Shown here: positions 30,358 to 34,279 of the stretch, piece by piece | Layout: each line of letters begins with the position of its first letter | How positions within the stretch are numbered: position 1 is the stretch's first letter | Virus record (IMG/VR): IMGVR_UViG_3300034061_005476 | Span: 1-34,279 of that record | Source of the DNA: a virus | Taxonomy: Duplodnaviria > Caudoviricetes | Strand: one strand, 5' to 3' | DNA: 34,279 nucleotides | Position numbers and translations under genes: made by a program | Notes under the pieces: generated by a model | The model's database searches: none | Told to the model about the DNA's origin: nothing | Seen by the model: only the letters and a program-made list of their open reading frames with translations

Positions 30358-30759
30358 TTATCTTGTTGCCTCTAGTATGAATGAATATTCTTGAGTTGGA
30401 AATTCTTGTCCTATAATATCAAAAATAATTGTTACATTAAATGTATTATCATCCGGAATAGGATCCACCTGAACTTCTACATTATTAACTCTTGGTTCGA
30501 AGTTATTAATTGATATTTCAATTTGATTTTGTATTACTGATGCAGTACCAAAATCAACAAATTCAAATAAACTTCTTGTAATATCAGATCCTAATAGAGA
30601 ATTGAAGAATCTTTCTGTTGGAATAGTTTCTACAATATTTCTTACGGATCTGCGAATCGCATTCTCATTCTTTAATATGGGAAGATCCTTCGTCACCGGA
30701 TGTGGTTCAAAGGATAAACTGATATCTTTAAATGATCTGGATATCCTCTGAATTGCCAT
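30358..30759 (-). CDS. gp25: Baseplate wedge / sheath initiator (T4 gp25-like)
   Basis: FKDISLSF..HPVT.D, NENAI.RSVRN...T...ERFF and I.NFEPRV motifs of the GPW/gp25 family. Confidence 0.93.
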   Translation of the reverse strand: MAIQRISRSFKDISLSFEPHPVTKDLPILKNENAIRRSVRNIVETIPTERFFNSLLGSDITRSLFEFVDFGTASVIQNQIEISINNFEPRVNNVEVQVDPIPDDNTFNVTIIFDIIGQEFPTQEYSFILEATR

Positions 30760-30778
30760 TGAACAAAAGTTTTTTATT

Positions 30779-30786
30779 TATTTATA
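30779..30786 (-). promoter_or_regulatory. T4-type late promoter TATAAATA
   Basis: Exact consensus 19 nt upstream of gp25, at the head of the baseplate operon. Confidence 0.82.
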
Positions 30787-30787
30787 T

Positions 30788-30964
30788 CTACTTCCAAGAA
30801 GAACCATAGTTTGGTTCGGTTCCATATGTCCAGTCATCATAGTCCTCATCATTACGAATTTTTTCATGCAATTCAACCTGTTTTTTTAGGTTATGTTTTG
30901 GTGCAACATCATAAACAACTTCTTGAATGACTCTTTTTTGATTGTTATCTGATTCAAATAGCAT
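30788..30964 (-). CDS. 58-aa hypothetical protein (not in ORF track)
   Basis: MLFESDNNQKRVIQEVVYDVAPKHNLKKQVELHEKIRNDEDYDDWTYGTEPNYGSSWK. AGGAG Shine-Dalgarno 8 nt before the ATG; fills the gap between speD and gp25. Confidence 0.8.
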   Translation of the reverse strand: MLFESDNNQKRVIQEVVYDVAPKHNLKKQVELHEKIRNDEDYDDWTYGTEPNYGSSWK

Positions 30965-30969
30965 TTCTG

Positions 30970-31025
30970 AAACTCCTGTTTTAATGAATAAAACAGAACT
31001 TTTATAAAGGAGGTTTCTATCTCCT
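30970..31025 (-). promoter_or_regulatory. Candidate structured 5' leader (two hairpins, SD sequestered)
   Basis: Hairpin 1 is AGGAG-auagaaac-CUCCU (31025-31008). Hairpin 2 is AAAGUUCUGUUUUA-uucau-UAAAACAGGAGUUU (31002-30970) and contains the SD. A late-like TTAAATA box lies at 31031-31037. Confidence 0.6.
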
Positions 31026-31033
31026 GTTACTAT

Positions 31034-31375
31034 TTAACGATTTATTTCACGAAGATTATAATTGTCGGAATTTAAGTACTTGAGTAATTCATTTGCAACC
31101 AATTTCGGGTTTCCTTCACCACAAGTATAGACATCAATTGCTATACAACCATTTTCAGGCCAGGTGTGGCAGGATACATGACTTTCTGAGAGTGCAATGA
31201 CGATGGTACAACCCTGAGGAGAAAAACAATGAGAAAAAATGTTTAAAATTGTCATATTTGCCCTATTAATACCCTTCTCCATTGTTTCTTGAAGAGATAT
31301 TACATCATTTAAGAGGTCAAATTTGACATCATACACCTCCAAAAGGAGATGAGTTCCCATTGAATACTGTTCCAA
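31034..31375 (-). CDS. speD: Pyruvoyl-dependent S-adenosylmethionine decarboxylase proenzyme (class 1b SpeD family)
   Basis: G.HLL, F.PQG.T, LSESH (E-S autocleavage site), HTWPE.G and DVYTCG motifs. Start is TTG 31375 or ATG 31360. Confidence 0.93.
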   Translation of the reverse strand: MEQYSMGTHLLLEVYDVKFDLLNDVISLQETMEKGINRANMTILNIFSHCFSPQGCTIVIALSESHVSCHTWPENGCIAIDVYTCGEGNPKLVANELLKYLNSDNYNLREINR

Positions 31376-31395
31376 TTATTATTCCAGTAAAAAAG

Positions 31396-32061
31396 TTATT
31401 TATTTTCTTTCTCATGTTCCCAAAAATATTCTTCAGTATTTCCCAATCGACACTTTCCTCCATTTTCTACAGAAAAATTTCTGGTAGAAACTAAAAAGTC
31501 GGGTTTTTTAAGAGTAGGTGGAGTTAAACTTTCATCAACCCATCTGCAACGATTGTTTGGGTAAAGACCAATTTGTCCATTTGGTAAAATGATACAGTTA
31601 TGTGACTTATGTTCTTCTGGAAATTCTGAAAATGAAATATCAGGAATGTCCCGATCAGGATGATAGGAATCAATTGTGAACAAATATTTACCATTTTCAG
31701 ATAAATGACCAGAACGATGTTTAACCTCAACAGACATTGTATATAAAAACTGCTTTTCAATTAATCTAATGTCATAGTCAAAACTATCCCAGTACTGTAA
31801 ATCAGTGATTGGTAGATCTGGACTTATTTCTCTTGGATGTTCGTGATGGTCACTTTCCCAATTCAAAAATGCCGAGATTGGTAATTTATCATAAAGAGCA
31901 CCATATTCTGGAATATAAGTTTCGAAATAAAAACACTTTCCCCAGATTGATTTGATGGACACCCACCAACCTTTCACATATTCTCCGTGTCCATCACGAA
32001 GATCTCTTAGATATTCTTTACGAATCCAAACTTTTTTTGGTGGTAAATTGATAATATTCAT
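31396..32061 (-). CDS. Conserved phage protein of unknown function
   Basis: 221 aa. NLPP..VWIRKEYL.D...GHGE, YGALYDKLPISAF, YLFTID, EHKSHN and NGQ..LYPNNR motifs are familiar from aquatic phage hypotheticals. Confidence 0.8.
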   Translation of the reverse strand: MNIINLPPKKVWIRKEYLRDLRDGHGEYVKGWWVSIKSIWGKCFYFETYIPEYGALYDKLPISAFLNWESDHHEHPREISPDLPITDLQYWDSFDYDIRLIEKQFLYTMSVEVKHRSGHLSENGKYLFTIDSYHPDRDIPDISFSEFPEEHKSHNCIILPNGQIGLYPNNRCRWVDESLTPPTLKKPDFLVSTRNFSVENGGKCRLGNTEEYFWEHEKENK

Positions 32062-32475
32062 TTAAAAATTTTTCTCATTGGGTTTATAATATGTTGTCAA
32101 TTCTTCTCCACATTCAATGTCTTTGATTGAGAAGAGTTCATCAGATCTTCGATCCCAAAAGACATTGGGATTATAAGAATGATTGACATAATATGCAGTA
32201 TAAATCTTAAAGGCAGGAACATCCAAATAAAAACCTTCTTTTACCCCATCCGTCATTGCCATTATATAATTTTGAATGTTAGGTGAAATATCTTTTATTT
32301 CTGAATATTCAAAAAAATAATCATCTGTTCTTTCAACCTCAAAAATTAGAGTGTCTTTAGGAATATCTATTAAAGCAAAAACCCCAACACCAGCACCAGG
32401 AATAGCACTGGGTTTGAGGTATGTCTTTAAGTTTTTAATTGAATTTAAAATTTCACTTCGATTATATGATATCAT
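32062..32475 (-). CDS. Minimal SET-domain protein-lysine methyltransferase
   Basis: All three SET signature motifs in order: S.IPGAGVGVFA..DIPK.T, YVNHSYNPNV and KDIECGEELTTYY. No pre- or post-SET Cys clusters. Confidence 0.88.
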   Translation of the reverse strand: MISYNRSEILNSIKNLKTYLKPSAIPGAGVGVFALIDIPKDTLIFEVERTDDYFFEYSEIKDISPNIQNYIMAMTDGVKEGFYLDVPAFKIYTAYYVNHSYNPNVFWDRRSDELFSIKDIECGEELTTYYKPNEKNF

Positions 32476-32494
32476 CTAAAAACTTCCATGTAGT

Positions 32495-32644
32495 TCATCC
32501 TTTACCTTGACCTCGATACTTCTTACGAGCCTTATTACGAGAAGACGCGGCGCACTTAGTATGAGCACCAGAACCTTGTCTGGTTTTCTTTGGACGAGAT
32601 TCAATGACTTGCTTCCCACCACTTAATGATTTTTTAATTGCCAT
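32495..32644 (-). CDS. 49-aa highly basic peptide (not in ORF track)
   Basis: MAIKKSLSGGKQVIESRPKKTRQGSGAHTKCAASSRNKARKKYRGQGKG. AGGAG SD upstream and TAATG coupling to the previous gene. Confidence 0.82.
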   Translation of the reverse strand: MAIKKSLSGGKQVIESRPKKTRQGSGAHTKCAASSRNKARKKYRGQGKG

Positions 32645-32808
32645 TAGTTTTCTCCTATAATTTCAGTTGTAATTTCATTTGGATTTGGAGAACCTGTCTG
32701 ATAGAATTGAATAGACAGATCCTCCATAGTATTGAAGTATTCTTCCTCTGTAAGATTGGAATAAATTTTACGACCCTTACAGATTATATTGTAAGATTCG
32801 TTAGACAT
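32644..32808 (-). CDS. 54-aa acidic hypothetical protein (not in ORF track)
   Basis: MSNESYNIICKGRKIYSNLTEEEYFNTMEDLSIQFYQTGSPNPNEITTEIIGEN. TGATG overlap with the glycosyltransferase stop and TAATG overlap with the next start. Confidence 0.82.
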   Translation of the reverse strand: MSNESYNIICKGRKIYSNLTEEEYFNTMEDLSIQFYQTGSPNPNEITTEIIGEN

Positions 32809-33566
32809 CAAATCACCCTTGTCTTTTCGTGACCGACTCTAATCCGAGGATCGCACCAAATCTCAAATCCTGCTTCCTTTGCATCCAAACAGAAAGATAC
32901 ATCTTCTCCGCACATATCTTGAACTTCCCCAGACTCAAAGACTTGCATCTTAGGAGCAAACCAGGGATACTTCATTTCGGAGTGCTCAAATACTCCGTGC
33001 TTAATCAGTAACCAACCAAATCCGGCATAATCGACGGTGAATGGTTTACGACGCTTAGAGATGCTCTCTACGGTTTCGTGATTCATGACTCCACCATTAT
33101 TGCGGAAATCATCTTCTTCCATCCAGTGCGCTACTGATGTTGTATGACCATCTTCGGTTGCATACCATCCCGAGGCAATGTCTTTATCCATTAGAACAAG
33201 TTGCCAGAATTTTTCAGTATTGAAGACAATATCAGAATCAATCCAAAGTTGCCAGTCATAATTCAGTTTTCCATCCCAGGGAAGTTGATCCGGACCTCTT
33301 AGAACATTCGCACCCAGGCATTTGCATCGGGCAAAGTTCACCATTGATGAGTAGTCCTGAGAAATCTGAATACTTGCTCCGGACTGAACTAGGTCAAAAC
33401 AAAGTTGAACAAAACTTTTTAGATAGGTATATGAAACTCCTCTGCCGGGAAGACAAAAGACAATAGATTTGCCTCTTACCATTTCTTTTGCGAGATTATA
33501 GTCCCATTCGGGTTCTTTATTTGATGCCACTGGGGCATTTGCTTTTACGGTAAATCCTTTAGCCAT
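32808..33566 (-). CDS. Putative GT-A fold (GT2-like) glycosyltransferase
   Basis: IVFCLPG first strand, VNFARCKC, WIDSDIVF (DxD motif), IASGWY, GFGWLLIK..VFE, GEDVSFC and D.RIRVGH motifs. Confidence 0.8.
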   Translation of the reverse strand: MAKGFTVKANAPVASNKEPEWDYNLAKEMVRGKSIVFCLPGRGVSYTYLKSFVQLCFDLVQSGASIQISQDYSSMVNFARCKCLGANVLRGPDQLPWDGKLNYDWQLWIDSDIVFNTEKFWQLVLMDKDIASGWYATEDGHTTSVAHWMEEDDFRNNGGVMNHETVESISKRRKPFTVDYAGFGWLLIKHGVFEHSEMKYPWFAPKMQVFESGEVQDMCGEDVSFCLDAKEAGFEIWCDPRIRVGHEKTRVI

Positions 33567-33588
33567 AGTTGTAAGTAGTTACTTCAGT

Positions 33589-33617
33589 ATCATACATCAT
33601 TATATAGAGATTGTCAA
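33589..33617 (-). promoter_or_regulatory. Host sigma70-type promoter
   Basis: TTGACA (33617-33612), 17-nt spacer, TATGAT (33594-33589), 22 nt upstream of the glycosyltransferase ATG. Confidence 0.75.
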
Positions 33618-33805
33618 TGTGATGAATTTAGTGCTGTTTCTTTTGAATAGATTACTTCTTCATAAGAAAGAATATCTTTTTTTCTATCATCTGTGATTGT
33701 AAGAAATTCAGAAAACATTTTCCATGTAATATCAAAGTCTTCTATACTTAAAGAATGATAGAGGCATTTGTTGTTCAAATATATGTGATATTTTTTTTCA
33801 ATCAT
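33614..33805 (-). CDS. 63-aa hypothetical protein
   Basis: Overlaps the AbrB-like gene by 8 nt. YHIYLNNKCLYHSLSIEDF resembles the N-terminus of the 54-aa ORF. Confidence 0.75.
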   Translation of the reverse strand: MIEKKYHIYLNNKCLYHSLSIEDFDITWKMFSEFLTITDDRKKDILSYEEVIYSKETALNSSH

Positions 33806-33974
33806 TGTCTTTTTCTGAAAGTATTAATTCTTTTCCATCGACTGATAATTTGATTTCTGTATCTTCGTACCATTCAAGATCATTTGCCACCCATTCTGGT
33901 ATTGTGACATAGTATTCGCCAGTAATTGGATCGACTTGTAGGAACTGAAAATTTTCCTCGGAATTTTTTTTCAT
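33798..33974 (-). CDS. AbrB/MazE/SpoVT-type small DNA-binding protein
   Basis: GEYYVTIPEWVANDLEWYEDTEIKLSVDGKELILS fits the swapped-hairpin pattern (V.IP......L......h.h......h.h). ATG 33974 is preferred over the track's TTG 33995. Confidence 0.7.
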   Translation of the reverse strand: MKKNSEENFQFLQVDPITGEYYVTIPEWVANDLEWYEDTEIKLSVDGKELILSEKDND

Positions 33975-34164
33975 ATGTGAGTTATAAGGATTCAATTTTT
34001 ATATAGGAAGTGTTATATTTTGAGGGTTATGGAGTTTTTTTACCTGGAAAAATTTTTATATTTTAGAGATAATGTGCAGCTCATATTTACTTTTGTAGGT
34101 TAGGGTAGTTAGCTGTTTTTATACGCCCCCATGGGGTAGGGGGGGCATACCCATAAGGCGCCCT

Positions 34165-34252
34165 TAACTGTCCAAACACGAACGATCAGAAATACTAATC
34201 ACGAACGAATAGGGTCGCTAAGTATACCTAACTGCCAAACACGAACGAATAG
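34165..34252. repeat. Three short direct repeats in non-coding DNA
   Basis: cacgaacga at 34177, 34200 and 34240. Longer taactg(t)ccaaacacgaacga at 34165-34185 and 34229-34248; cacgaacgaatag at 34200-34212 and 34240-34252. Confidence 0.9.
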
Positions 34253-34257
34253 AATAG

Positions 34258-34279
34258 GGGGCAGGATTGCGCCTGCCCC
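34258..34279. other. GC-rich hairpin (possible terminator or structural element), at window edge
   Basis: ggggcagg-attgcg-cctgcccc, an 8-bp perfect stem. Any plus-strand U-tract would lie outside the window. Confidence 0.6.

Noticed and set aside
31524-33011. Track ORFs 31524-31760(-), 32638-32832(+) and 32829-33011(+)
   Set aside because: They overlap better-supported minus-strand genes, including the coupled 54-aa and 49-aa ORFs.
34165-34252. Possible mini CRISPR array
   Set aside because: Repeats are only 9-21 bp, irregularly spaced (23 and 40 bp) and non-palindromic, and no cas genes are in the window.

Overview
AT-rich segment of a T4-like myovirus genome, most consistent with a cyanophage (Kyanoviridae-like, possibly freshwater). 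All credible genes lie on the minus strand. In transcription order (right to left): a non-coding, repeat- and hairpin-rich boundary (about 34000-34279), then a small-gene accessory block, then the virion morphogenesis module. The accessory block holds an AbrB-like regulator, two related ~55-63 aa proteins flanking a GT-A glycosyltransferase, a 49-aa Lys/Arg/Gly-rich peptide, a SET-domain methyltransferase, a conserved hypothetical, SpeD, and a 58-aa gene behind a structured leader. The morphogenesis module runs gp25, gp6, gp7 (3972 aa), gp8, a VrlC/DUF4815-like protein (2460 aa), small genes, gp13, gp14, gp15, gp16. It is followed by a modular 438-aa basic protein, a protein with a capsid-targeting-like N-terminus, and a partial structural protein. 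I read five CDSs that the ORF track missed and extended gp15 to a probable ACG start. Best leads: (1) the 438-aa protein looks like a prohead-protease-processed polyprotein of Cys-paired cationic peptides; (2) SET methyltransferase + histone-tail-like peptide + SpeD; (3) a hidden NblA-like gene in the late operon; (4) an SD-sequestering two-hairpin leader; (5) the non-AUG gp15 start. All family assignments come from motif recognition by eye; no searches were run. No tRNA, rRNA, CRISPR array or transposase was seen.
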